DNA of 64,000 nt from NCBI GenBank assembly GCA_035500235.1, contig DATJXK010000310.1, forward strand, positions 4,136-68,135, read 5' to 3'. Below are positions 43,902 to 53,575 of the stretch, in pieces; position 1 is the stretch's first letter; each line of letters starts with the position of its first letter. The translations under genes and the position numbers were made by a program. Source of the DNA: Pseudomonadales bacterium. GTDB lineage: Bacteria; Verrucomicrobiota; Verrucomicrobiia; Limisphaerales; UBA11358. Below the pieces are notes generated by a model, which saw only the letters and a list, made by a program, of their open reading frames with translations, was not told where the DNA came from and made no database searches.

Positions 43902-46900
43902 ATCCGTCCCGACAATTCATTTTGCGGCCCGTAGCGACGTCGCTGCTGATGATCGCCGTGGTATTGGCCGGATTTGTCGCGTACTTCAAGCTACCGGTCT
44001 CGGCACTGCCCCAAGTGGATTATCCCACGATCCAGGTAGTTACTTTTTATCCCGGCGCCAGCCCGGATGTCACCGCCTCAGCCATCACCGCACCGCTCGA
44101 ACGACAGTTTGGTGAAATGCCGGGATTGAACCAAATGACTTCCATCAGTTCGGATGGCTCCTCCATCATCACACTGCAATTCGTATTGACGCTGGACATT
44201 GATGTAGCCGAGCAGGAAGTCCAGGCCGCCATCAATGCCGCGCAATCTTATTTGCCCACGGGCCTGCCCAATCCGCCTATTTACAGTAAGTCCAATCCCG
44301 CGGACACTCCCATTCTCACGCTGGCGCTCACATCAAAAACATACCCGCTCAACCAAATCGAAGACCTTGCCGATACCCGGCTCGCCCAACAGATTTCCCA
44401 GGTGATGGGCGTCGGCCTCGTCACCATCAGCGGCGGGCAAAAACCAGCCGTGCGCATCCAGGCCAACCCCACTGCCCTGTCGGCCTACGGCATTAACCTG
44501 GAAACGTTGCGCAACACGCTCAACCAGGCCAGCATCAACCAGGCCCTGGGCAACTTCGACGGCCCGAAACAGTCCTACGAAATCAATGCCAACGACCAGC
44601 TCACCACCAGCAAGGATTACAGTTCCCTCGTCGTCGCCTACCAAAATGGCCAGCCGGTGATTCTTTCTGACGTGGCGCACGTGGTGGATGATGTGGAAAA
44701 CAACCGGCTCGCGGCCTGGATGAATAAAACTCCAGCGGTCATCCTGAACATCCAACGCCAGCCCGGGGCGAACATCATTCAGGTGGTGGATCGCATCAAA
44801 AAACTTTTGCCGCAACTTAAGGCCAACCTGCCCGCATCCGTAGACGTTTCGATTATCACCGATCGCACCACGACGATTCGCGCGTCGGTGAGGGATGTTG
44901 AAACCTCGCTGGGCATCACTGTCGTTCTGGTCGTGCTGGCCATCTTTTTATTCCTGCGGGACCTGTGGGCCACATCCATTCCCAGCCTGACCGTGCCGGT
45001 CGCGCTGGTCGGCACCTTGGGCGTCATGTTTTTGTTTGGCTTCAGCCTCGATAACCTCTCTTTGATGGCCCTGACCATTTCTACAGGCTTCGTCGTGGAC
45101 GACGCCATCGTGATGATCGAAAATATTTTCCGTTACATTGAAATGGGCGACAAACCCCGGGAAGCCGCCCTCAAAGGCGCAGGCCAAATTGGTTTCACCA
45201 TCATGTCGCTGACGATCTCGCTTATCGCGGTATTAATTCCGTTGTTGTTCATGGGTGGTGTGGTGGGACGGTTATTCCATGAATTTGCCCTCACGCTCAG
45301 CATCACCATCATCTTATCCGCCATCGTTTCGTTGACGCTCACACCCATGCTGTGTTCACTCTGGCTCAAGGCCAAAGAGGATCGCAAGCCCGGCCGTTTT
45401 TATGAATCGTCTGAGCGGGTATATGAACGCATCATTAATTCCTACAGCAACGGCCTGAAATGGGTATTGCAACACCAGCCGCTGACGCTGCTCATCGCCG
45501 CATCCACTCTCGTGTTGACCATTGTGCTCTACATGATTGTGCCAAAAGGATTCATTCCGGTGCAGGACACCGGCGTGATCCAGGCCATTTCGGAAGCGCG
45601 CGAGGATATTTCTTTCTCCGCCATGGCGGAACGGCAGCAGGAACTGGTGGACGTCATTCTCCAGGATCCGGCGGTGCAAAATCTTACCTCGTTCATCGGG
45701 GCCGATGGCATTGATACCACACTCAACAGCGGGCGCATCCTCATCAATCTCAAGCCGCTCTCAGAACGAAAAATCAACGCGAGCGCCGTCATCCGCCGTT
45801 TACAATCGGCTCTCACCAAAGTGGAAGGCATTACTCTCTACATGCAGCCCGTGCAGGATTTGAGCGTGGAAGACCGCGTCAGCGCCACGCAATACCAATA
45901 CACGCTCGAAGACGCCAGCGCGGATGAGTTGAACACCTGGACAGCCACACTCGTGGGTAAATTTAAAAACCTGCCCGAATTGCGCGACGTCGCTACCGAC
46001 CAGCAAAACAACGGCCTGCAGGTTTCTATCGTCATTGATCGTGTCACTGCCTCGCGACTGGGCATCACGGCCTCGCAAATTGATAACACGCTCTACGACG
46101 CCTTCGGCCAGCGGCAGATTAACACCCTCTTCACGCAATTAAACCAATACCACGTCATTTTGGAAGCGTTGCCGGCGTTCCAGGCCAACCCCAAAATGCT
46201 CAGCGAAATTTATATTAATTCCAACGGCGGCCCTGTGCCGCTCAGCACCTTCGCACACCTCGAAACGGGCAGCGCTCCGCTGGCCATCAATCACCAGGGA
46301 CAATTTCCCTCCGCCACCATTTCGTTCAACCTCGCTCCGGGCGTGGCTTTGAGTGATGCCACCACCGCTATCCAGAAAGTTGTGAGTTCGTTGCACATGC
46401 CTTTGAGTGTCATCCCGTCTTTCCAGGGAACAGCGGAGGCGTTCCTGGAATCGCTCGCCAATGAACCGCTCCTCATTCTCGCCGCGATCATCACGGTCTA
46501 TATTATCCTGGGCGTTCTTTACGAGAGCTACATTCATCCGATAACCATTCTCTCCACCCTGCCGTCCGCTGGTGTCGGGGCTATTCTTGCACTGATTATT
46601 TGCCGGACGGAACTCAGCATTGTTGCCCTCATCGGCATGATTCTCCTCATCGGTATCGTCGCAAAGAATGCCATTATGATGATCGATTTTGCGCTCGATG
46701 CCGAACGGCGTGAAGGCAAGCCACCGCAGGAAGCTATCTTCCAGGCGTGCATGCTCCGTTTTCGCCCGATCATGATGACCACTTTCGCCGCGCTGTTTGG
46801 CGGGTTGCCATTGGCCCTGGGCAACGGCGTCGGCTCCGAACTGCGCAAGCCGCTGGGAATCGTGATTGTCGGCGGCCTGATCGTTAGCCAGGCGCTCACG

Positions 46901-47017
46901 CTTTTCACCACCCCGGTGATCTACCTCTTTTTCGGGCGACTGGCGGCAAAATTTTCAAAGACAGAGCCGGCGAAGGAAAAAAATGAAGGCGGCCTTCCCG
47001 CGACCCCGATACCATGA
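43898..47017 (+). CDS. RND multidrug efflux permease, MdtB-like
   Basis: 12-TM AcrB/HAE1 architecture, 1039 aa. Conserved GFSLDNLSLMALTISTGFVVDDAIV. 4-nt overlaps with both flanking genes. Confidence 0.9.
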   Translation: MNPSRQFILRPVATSLLMIAVVLAGFVAYFKLPVSALPQVDYPTIQVVTFYPGASPDVTASAITAPLERQFGEMPGLNQMTSISSDGSSIITLQFVLTLDIDVAEQEVQAAINAAQSYLPTGLPNPPIYSKSNPADTPILTLALTSKTYPLNQIEDLADTRLAQQISQVMGVGLVTISGGQKPAVRIQANPTALSAYGINLETLRNTLNQASINQALGNFDGPKQSYEINANDQLTTSKDYSSLVVAYQNGQPVILSDVAHVVDDVENNRLAAWMNKTPAVILNIQRQPGANIIQVVDRIKKLLPQLKANLPASVDVSIITDRTTTIRASVRDVETSLGITVVLVVLAIFLFLRDLWATSIPSLTVPVALVGTLGVMFLFGFSLDNLSLMALTISTGFVVDDAIVMIENIFRYIEMGDKPREAALKGAGQIGFTIMSLTISLIAVLIPLLFMGGVVGRLFHEFALTLSITIILSAIVSLTLTPMLCSLWLKAKEDRKPGRFYESSERVYERIINSYSNGLKWVLQHQPLTLLIAASTLVLTIVLYMIVPKGFIPVQDTGVIQAISEAREDISFSAMAERQQELVDVILQDPAVQNLTSFIGADGIDTTLNSGRILINLKPLSERKINASAVIRRLQSALTKVEGITLYMQPVQDLSVEDRVSATQYQYTLEDASADELNTWTATLVGKFKNLPELRDVATDQQNNGLQVSIVIDRVTASRLGITASQIDNTLYDAFGQRQINTLFTQLNQYHVILEALPAFQANPKMLSEIYINSNGGPVPLSTFAHLETGSAPLAINHQGQFPSATISFNLAPGVALSDATTAIQKVVSSLHMPLSVIPSFQGTAEAFLESLANEPLLILAAIITVYIILGVLYESYIHPITILSTLPSAGVGAILALIICRTELSIVALIGMILLIGIVAKNAIMMIDFALDAERREGKPPQEAIFQACMLRFRPIMMTTFAALFGGLPLALGNGVGSELRKPLGIVIVGGLIVSQALTLFTTPVIYLFFGRLAAKFSKTEPAKEKNEGGLPATPIP

Positions 47018-50000
47018 ACATTTCCGCCCCATTCATTCGACGCCCCATCGGCACCGCCCTGCTGACGGCGGCCATTGCCCTGGCCGGCATCGTGGCATAC
47101 TTGCAATTGCCCGTCGCGCCCCTGCCCCAGGTGGATTTCCCCACCATCAACGTCAACGCTTCGCTTCCCGGCGCCAGCCCGACCATCATGGCCTCCGCCG
47201 TGGCCGCGCCGCTCGAGCGCGAATTTGGCCACATCGCCGGCCTCACGGAAATGACGTCTTCGAGCGCCCTGGGCACGACCAGCATTACCCTGCAATTTGA
47301 TTTGAGCCGCGACATTGACGGCGCAGCGCGCGATGTCCAGGCCGCCATCAATGCTGCCCGCGCCAATCTGCCTGCCAATCTTCCGGATAATCCCTCGTAT
47401 CATAAAGTCAATCCGGCCAACGCGCCGATCATGATTATCGCGCTTACGTCAGATATCTATGATCGCGGCAAAATGTATGACGCCGCCGATTCCATCATCG
47501 CACAGCGCCTGCTCCAAATCCAGGGCGTCGGCAACGTCAACATCGGTGGTGGCGCGCTCCCCGCCGTGCGCGTGGATGTGAATCCCACGTTGTTAAATAG
47601 CTTCGGCCTGAGCCTCGAAGATGTCCGCGCGATGTTGAACAAACAAAACGCCAACCTCGCCAAAGGCCAGTTGGCCGATGAACACAACACACGGGACATT
47701 TCCGCCAACGACCAATTGTTTAAAGCCGCCGATTACGAGCCGCTCGTCGTCGCCTATACCAACGGCTCGCCGGTGAGATTGTCCGATATCGCCACGGTGT
47801 CCGACTCCGTCGAAAATATCCGCACTGCCGGTTACATGAACGGCAAGCCGGCCATCCCGTTGATCATCTTTTCTGCGCCCGGCGCAAACATCATTAAAAC
47901 TGTGGACGGCATCAAAGCCGTGCTGCCTTCTCTCCAGGCGTCCATCCCCGTCGGGATCATCATGACCGTCATGCTCGACCGTTCCACGACCATTCGTGCA
48001 TCCGTTTTTGAAGTCCAGCGCACACTCGTCATCGCCGTCATCCTCGTCATCCTCGTTGTATTCATTTTTTTGCGCAGCCCGCGTACGACACTGATTCCCG
48101 CCGTCGTCGTTCCCGTTTCCCTCGTGGGCACGTTTGGCGTCATGTATCTATTCGGCTTCAGCCTCGACAATCTCTCTTTGATGGCGCTGACCATTTCCAC
48201 CGGCTTCGTGGTGGACGATGCCATTGTGGTCGTGGAAAACATTTCCCGTTACGTTGAGGAAGGGATGTCGCCCATGCAAGCGGCGTTGAAAGGCGCCCAG
48301 GAAGTCGGCTTCACGGTCATTTCTATTAGCGTTTCACTCATCGCCGTGTTCACGCCCATTTTGCTGATGGGCGGTCTCGTCGGCCGTTTGTTCCGTGAAT
48401 TTGCCGTGACGCTTTCCACGGCCATCGTGATCTCCCTGATCATTTCGCTGACCACCACGCCGATGATGTGTTCCCGGCTGTTCCGCACTAAAAAAGACAA
48501 TCGTCACGGGAAAATCTATAACTGGAGCGAGAACGCCTTTGCGTGGCTGTTGGAACGTTACCGGCTCAGCTTGCAGGTGGTCCTGCGGCATCCGCTCATT
48601 ACTCTCGTCGTTTTAATACTCACGATTGCCGCCAACGTCGTTCTCTTTATCAAAGTGCCCAAGGGATTTTTTCCCACGCAAGACAACGGCACCATCCTGG
48701 GCGGCATCCAGGGCGACATGGACGCTTCGTATCAATCCATGCAACAGGTCACCGTGCGCTTTGCCCGCATTGCTACCAATGACCCCGCCGTGCAGGGCGT
48801 CATCGCCTTTACCGGCGGCGGCGGTCCGGCCAACAACGGCTTCATTTACATGGCGCTTAAGCCGCTTCAACAGCGAAAAGTCAGCTCGCTCCAGGTCGTC
48901 AATCGTCTGCGCCCGAAATTCGGCGTCGTCTCCGGCGCCTCGGTCTTCGTCCAGCCCGGCCAGGATCTCCGCGTCGGCGGCCGCCAAAGTGCCGCGATGT
49001 ATCAATACTCCATCCAAAGCGAAAACCTCGACGACATCGATAAATGGGGCCCGATCCTTCTCGAAAAGATGAAAAAATTGCGCGGGTTCACGGACGTCAA
49101 CAGCGACCAGGAAAACAACGGCCTCCAGGCCTCACTGGTTTACGACCGTAACACGGCCGCGCGCCTGGGCATTCCCGCGCAACTCCTCGACAGCACCATC
49201 TACGATGCTTTTGGTCAGGAAGACGTTTCCACCATGTACAGCCCGCTGAACCAATACCACGTCGTCATGGAAGTGGAACCGCAGTTCTGGCAAAGTCCCC
49301 AGGGTCTTAACCAAATTTATCTCCACGCCACCAATAGCTCGGCCATGGTTCCCCTGGGCGCCGTTGCCCGTTACGAACCCACCGTGGCGCCTATCGCCGT
49401 CAACCATACCGGCCAGTTTCCTTCCGCGACCATTTCTTTCAACCTCGCACCCGGCGTTTCGCTCAGCGATGCCACCCGGGAAGTGAATCAATTGGTGGAA
49501 AGCTTAAAAATGCCTTCTTCCATCCAGACTGGTTTTGCCGGTAACGCGGCCGCCTTTCAATCCGTCATCCTCATGGAAATTTTGCTCATCGCTATTGCCC
49601 TGCTGGCCGTCTATATCGTGCTCGGCATCCTTTATGAGAGTTACATTCACCCAATTACGATTATCTCAACGATTCCTTCCGCCACCGCCGGTGCGTTACT
49701 GGCCCTCATGGTGTCTAATACGGATTTAAGCATCATCGCCGCCATTGGCCTCATCCTGCTCATCGGCATCGTGAAAAAAAATGCTATTCTCATGGTGGAC
49801 TTTGCCTTGTCCGCCGAGCGGGAACACCACCTGTCTTCCAAAGAAGCCATTTACCAGGCATGCCTGCTTCGCTTCCGGCCCATTCTCATGACCACGCTCT
49901 CCGCCATGTTTGGCGCATTGCCGCTGGTCATCAGCAACGGTGTCGGTTCCGAACTCCGCCGCCCGCTCGGCATTACCATTGTTGGCGGCCTCATGCTTAG

Positions 50001-50157
50001 CCAGATACTCACGCTCTATACGACACCCGTCGTTTATTATTACCTGGATCGTTTTCGTATTTGGCTGAGCGCCTGGTGGCAATCCCATTTTAGAAACCGG
50101 AACCCCGCCACTCTGCCGCCTCCGGCTTACGGGCTTCCGGAAGGAGGCGCGCGATGA
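47014..50157 (+). CDS. RND multidrug efflux permease, MdtC-like (tandem paralogue)
   Basis: Same architecture, 1047 aa. Tandem RND pairs are characteristic of MdtBC-type heteromeric pumps. Confidence 0.9.
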   Translation: MNISAPFIRRPIGTALLTAAIALAGIVAYLQLPVAPLPQVDFPTINVNASLPGASPTIMASAVAAPLEREFGHIAGLTEMTSSSALGTTSITLQFDLSRDIDGAARDVQAAINAARANLPANLPDNPSYHKVNPANAPIMIIALTSDIYDRGKMYDAADSIIAQRLLQIQGVGNVNIGGGALPAVRVDVNPTLLNSFGLSLEDVRAMLNKQNANLAKGQLADEHNTRDISANDQLFKAADYEPLVVAYTNGSPVRLSDIATVSDSVENIRTAGYMNGKPAIPLIIFSAPGANIIKTVDGIKAVLPSLQASIPVGIIMTVMLDRSTTIRASVFEVQRTLVIAVILVILVVFIFLRSPRTTLIPAVVVPVSLVGTFGVMYLFGFSLDNLSLMALTISTGFVVDDAIVVVENISRYVEEGMSPMQAALKGAQEVGFTVISISVSLIAVFTPILLMGGLVGRLFREFAVTLSTAIVISLIISLTTTPMMCSRLFRTKKDNRHGKIYNWSENAFAWLLERYRLSLQVVLRHPLITLVVLILTIAANVVLFIKVPKGFFPTQDNGTILGGIQGDMDASYQSMQQVTVRFARIATNDPAVQGVIAFTGGGGPANNGFIYMALKPLQQRKVSSLQVVNRLRPKFGVVSGASVFVQPGQDLRVGGRQSAAMYQYSIQSENLDDIDKWGPILLEKMKKLRGFTDVNSDQENNGLQASLVYDRNTAARLGIPAQLLDSTIYDAFGQEDVSTMYSPLNQYHVVMEVEPQFWQSPQGLNQIYLHATNSSAMVPLGAVARYEPTVAPIAVNHTGQFPSATISFNLAPGVSLSDATREVNQLVESLKMPSSIQTGFAGNAAAFQSVILMEILLIAIALLAVYIVLGILYESYIHPITIISTIPSATAGALLALMVSNTDLSIIAAIGLILLIGIVKKNAILMVDFALSAEREHHLSSKEAIYQACLLRFRPILMTTLSAMFGALPLVISNGVGSELRRPLGITIVGGLMLSQILTLYTTPVVYYYLDRFRIWLSAWWQSHFRNRNPATLPPPAYGLPEGGAR

Positions 50158-51611
50158 AATTTGTGAAAACGCATCTTGGAAAAATTCTTTTGCTCATTGC
50201 CTTTGCCGCGTTCTGCGCCGGCTGCAACTTCGCGCCGCACTATGAGCCGCCTGCGGTGGAAACACCCACCGGCTTCAAGGAAAATTCCACCACGAACAAC
50301 GCCGGCACCAACATCTGGCAGGTCGCCCAGCCCAATGACTCGATAATCCGCAGCAACTGGTGGGTGACCTTCAATGACACCAACCTGGATGCCCTCGAAG
50401 ACCAGATCGCCATCTCCAACCAAAACGTCATTGCCGCGTTCGATGATTATCTGGTGGCACATGAACAAGTCCGGGAAGCCCAGTCCCAATATCTCCCTAC
50501 GGCCAATCTTGTTCCCAGCGTCACCCGCTCGCACATTTACAGCGGTGGTTTCCAGCTCTCCAGCAGCCGCGACATTACTACCTACGACATTCCGCTCGAT
50601 GGTTCGTGGCAGCCCGATTTCTGGGGTCGCGTGCGCAACACCGTCCGCTCCGCCGCGGCCACGGCCCAGGCCTCCGCCGCCGATCTTGAGAACACCAAGC
50701 TCACCGCCCAGTCCGAACTTGCCTCGGACTATTTCCAATTGCGCGGGCAGGACGATTTGATCCGGCTCTACGACGACACCATCGGCGCGTACAGTAATTC
50801 CGTGCAACTGACCACCGTGCTTTTTAAAACCGGCATTGATTCGGACGAAGACGTGGCCCAGGCCGAAACCCAGTTAAGGACCACTGAAGCCCAAGCCACC
50901 AATCTCCGCATCCTGCGCGCACAACTAGAACACGCCATCGCTGTGCTGATTGGCCGTCCGCCCGAGTCCTTTTCCATTCCCTCCACCTTGTTGGTAGCTA
51001 CGAATCCCCCGGGCATTCCGCTCAGCATACCGTCACAGCTCCTCGAGCGCCGTCCGGACATCGCCTCGGCGGAACGCGCCGTCGCTTCCGCTAATGCTGA
51101 AATCGGCGTCGCCCGGGCCGCCTTTTTCCCCAACATCACCCTGAGCGCCTCCGGCGGACTTGAGGCGCCCAACACCGCTACGTTGTTTAATTGGTCCAGC
51201 GGGGTCTGGTCCATCGGCGCCAGTGCTACACAGCCCATTTTCAACGCCGCCCTTTATCCCGCCGTCAAACAATACCGCGCCGCCTACGATGCCACCGTCG
51301 CCCAATATCGCCAGACCGTCCTCTCTGCCTTCCAATCGGTCGAAGACAACCTCTCTGCCTTGCGCATTCTCCAGAAAGAAATCAAGCAACAGGACGCCGC
51401 GGCTGATGCCTCGCTGAAATATCTGAACCTCGCCACCTACCGCTATAAGCTCGGCATCGACAGCTATCTTAACGTCGTCATCGCGCAGACCAGCTACCTG
51501 AACAATCGCCAAACGCTCACCACGCTTTATACCCAGCAAATGACTGACGCCGTCACACTCATCCAGGACCTCGGCGGTGGTTGGGATACTTCGCAATTGC
51601 CGAAGGACTAA
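50154..51611 (+). CDS. Outer-membrane factor lipoprotein (NodT/OprM family)
   Basis: Lipobox LIAFAAFCAGC, two TolC-like repeats, and the RPDI..AE motif (LLERRPDIASAERAV). Confidence 0.9.
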   Translation: MKFVKTHLGKILLLIAFAAFCAGCNFAPHYEPPAVETPTGFKENSTTNNAGTNIWQVAQPNDSIIRSNWWVTFNDTNLDALEDQIAISNQNVIAAFDDYLVAHEQVREAQSQYLPTANLVPSVTRSHIYSGGFQLSSSRDITTYDIPLDGSWQPDFWGRVRNTVRSAAATAQASAADLENTKLTAQSELASDYFQLRGQDDLIRLYDDTIGAYSNSVQLTTVLFKTGIDSDEDVAQAETQLRTTEAQATNLRILRAQLEHAIAVLIGRPPESFSIPSTLLVATNPPGIPLSIPSQLLERRPDIASAERAVASANAEIGVARAAFFPNITLSASGGLEAPNTATLFNWSSGVWSIGASATQPIFNAALYPAVKQYRAAYDATVAQYRQTVLSAFQSVEDNLSALRILQKEIKQQDAAADASLKYLNLATYRYKLGIDSYLNVVIAQTSYLNNRQTLTTLYTQQMTDAVTLIQDLGGGWDTSQLPKD

Positions 51612-51624
51612 TTTCTTTTCATTC

Positions 51625-51688
51625 TCATCCTCGCCCCTGCGAGCTTGCGAGCAGCCGCGCCGAAGCTCGGTGAAGGCGGGTCATCCTC
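51625..51688. repeat. 48-nt GC-rich hairpin-containing segment flanked by 8-bp direct repeats (TCATCCTC)
   Basis: TCATCCTC occurs at 51625-51632 and 51681-51688. Between them, cgagctt (51640-46) pairs with aagctcg (51663-69). It is embedded in an otherwise AT-rich spacer. Confidence 0.5.
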
Positions 51689-51740
51689 AAGACTGCAGAT
51701 CGTTCCCCTGCTACTTGACGCAACACGCAATACGCAACCC

Positions 51741-51770
51741 GCTTTTTCATTTTTAATTTTTCTTTTTTAA
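51741..51770 (+). repeat. AT-rich motif gctttttcatttttaatttttcttttttaa, copy 2, 47 nt upstream of the purE start
   Basis: 22 nt identical to 24951-24972, and 30 nt with 1 mismatch. Confidence 0.7.
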
Positions 51771-51787
51771 CCCTAAACTATCCCCAC

Positions 51788-52291
51788 ATGAGCAATTCAA
51801 ATTCATCCAAGAAACCTCTCGTGGGCATTTTGATGGGCAGCGATTCCGACTGGCCCACCATGAAACTCGCGGCTGATGCCCTCACTGAATTCGGCATCGC
51901 TAGCGAAGCCAAAGTGATTTCCGCCCATCGCGACCCGCGCGGCCTCGAAGAATACGCCGGTAACGCCGTCAAAAATGGCCTGAAAGTGATCATTGCCGGT
52001 GCGGGCGGCGCAGCGCATTTGCCCGGCGTCAGCGCGGCCTTTACCACCCTGCCCATCATCGGCGTGCCGATTGAAAGCAAATCGCTCAAGGGCCTCGACT
52101 CTCTTCTTTCGATCGTGCAAATGCCGCCGGGCGTGCCCGTGGCCACCGTCGGCATCGGCGCGGCCCGCAACGCTGGGCTCCTGGCTGTGCAAATCCTCGC
52201 CGCCGGCGACGCCCAACTTCAGGCTGCTCTCGATAAATTTAAAGTCAAACTCGCGGAAGAATCCCGCGCGAAAAACAAGAACCTGACCTAA
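51788..52291 (+). CDS. purE: N5-carboxyaminoimidazole ribonucleotide mutase
   Basis: [29 protein letters not shown] and PVIGVP motifs. Confidence 0.9.
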   Translation: MSNSNSSKKPLVGILMGSDSDWPTMKLAADALTEFGIASEAKVISAHRDPRGLEEYAGNAVKNGLKVIIAGAGGAAHLPGVSAAFTTLPIIGVPIESKSLKGLDSLLSIVQMPPGVPVATVGIGAARNAGLLAVQILAAGDAQLQAALDKFKVKLAEESRAKNKNLT

Positions 52292-52297
52292 TTTTTT

Positions 52298-52936
52298 GTG
52301 CAACAGCTTATCGAAGGCGTCCATAAATTCCGTAACGATGAGTTCGGAAATTATAAGAAGCTTTTTCGCCGGCTGTCGCAACACGGGCAGAACCCGCATA
52401 CCCTTTTCATCACCTGCTCGGATTCCCGCGTGCTGGCCGAACTCATCACGCAAAGCCAGCCCGGGGATTTGTTCGTCGTCAAAAACATCGGCAACATCGT
52501 CCCGCCGGCCTCGGCCATCGGCGATACCAATTCTACCGCTGCCGCCATCGAATTTGCCGTCGAAAACCTGCGCGTGGATGACATCGTCATTTGCGGTCAT
52601 TCGCAATGCGGCGCCATTGGCGCGCTGCTCGGGCATCCGGTCATCGGCGACCGGTCGCCCCACTTGCGCGATTGGCTCAAGATCGCCCTGCCTGTTACTG
52701 AAACGTTGAAAAAAGATTACGCGCACCTGCACGACGAAGAGGCGCGCAGCACTGCCGCTGCCCAGGAAAACGTTCTCTTCGGCCTCGACAACCTGCACAG
52801 CTATCCCTGCGTGCAGGATCGGCTCGGCGACGGCTCCCTGAGCCTGCACGGCTGGTTCTTCAAAATCGCCACCGCCGAACTCTTCGCCTACGACCCTGAA
52901 ACGCGGCAGTTCGGCCCCCTCGTGCAGGAGAAGTAA
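52298..52936 (+). CDS. Beta-class carbonic anhydrase
   Basis: Zinc ligand motifs CSDSRV and HSQCGA. N-terminal LIEGVHKFR. GTG start. Confidence 0.85.
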   Translation: MQQLIEGVHKFRNDEFGNYKKLFRRLSQHGQNPHTLFITCSDSRVLAELITQSQPGDLFVVKNIGNIVPPASAIGDTNSTAAAIEFAVENLRVDDIVICGHSQCGAIGALLGHPVIGDRSPHLRDWLKIALPVTETLKKDYAHLHDEEARSTAAAQENVLFGLDNLHSYPCVQDRLGDGSLSLHGWFFKIATAELFAYDPETRQFGPLVQEK

Positions 52937-52939
52937 ATC

Positions 52940-53200
52940 ATGAGCAACCCGGAGTTGCGACGGCGGGAGAAATCTGATAAATTGCCACATATGAGACCAG
53001 TCGCATTAACAGCTCATTTTGACGGTGAGAAGGTTCAGTTCGATGAACCTTGCCAGATTGACGTCAATGCGCGATTGGTTGTAGTCGTTCTTCCACCTGA
53101 AAATGAGCGCCAAACATGGATGCAGTTTTCTGCTGGTCAATTGGCGAAGGCGTACAGCGATAACGAACCGGAATACACCGCCGCAGATTTGCGTCCATGA
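52940..53200 (+). CDS. Putative type II antitoxin
   Basis: Small acidic protein whose stop overlaps the toxin ATG (ATGA). ...HFDGEKVQFDEP...ARLVVVVLP followed by ...YSDNEPEYTAADL is a pattern I associate with small antitoxins. The start could be 52940 or 52991. Confidence 0.5.
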   Translation: MSNPELRRREKSDKLPHMRPVALTAHFDGEKVQFDEPCQIDVNARLVVVVLPPENERQTWMQFSAGQLAKAYSDNEPEYTAADLRP

Positions 53201-53555
53201 ACGAAGGCGACATCGCCCTCGCTCCGTTGCCTCAGGCCGATGGCCAAATAAAAAACCGTCCCGTTGTTTTACTCCGCCGTCTTCCGCCCTTTGGAGACTT
53301 TCTGGTATGCGGCGTCAGCACCCAACTCCAACAACGTGTCGAAAGTTTTGATGAAATGATTACACCCATTGACAAGGAATTTGCCGCGACGGGCTAAAGG
53401 CAGCGTCACTTATCCGGTTAGGATTCCTTGCGGTACTGCCGCAATCAGTATTCCTGGGAAAAATTGGCTCACTGTCATCAGAACGTCGCTCCCGCCTGCT
53501 CACCAACCTTTGCCGGCATTTAACCACACAAAACTCACCGGATACGAAGCAGTAA
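53197..53555 (+). pseudogene. MazF/PemK-family toxin gene interrupted by a 1-nt frameshift
   Basis: Frame 1 gives MNEGDIALAPLPQADGQIKNRPVVLL...DKEFAATG, then a stop at 53395-97. Frame 3 from 53391 continues GLKAASLIRLGFLAVLPQSVFLGKIGSLSSERRSRLLTNLCRHL..., ending at the TAA at 53553-55. Together these make a normal PemK-like toxin of about 119 aa. Confidence 0.65.
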
Positions 53556-53575
53556 CTGTTTATTCCGGCAATGAT

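Noticed and set aside
45041-45115. High nucleotide similarity between the two RND permease genes (compare 48151-48225)
   Set aside because: This is the most conserved motif of the family (GFSLDNLSLMALTISTGFVVDDAIV) in tandem paralogues. Paralogy explains it without invoking a repeat element or recent gene conversion.
51803-52990. 395-aa ORF on the minus strand spanning purE and the carbonic anhydrase gene
   Set aside because: It lies antisense to two genes that have unmistakable family motifs. Its translation is Arg/Gly/Ala-rich with no recognisable motifs. This is the usual shadow ORF of GC-rich coding DNA.
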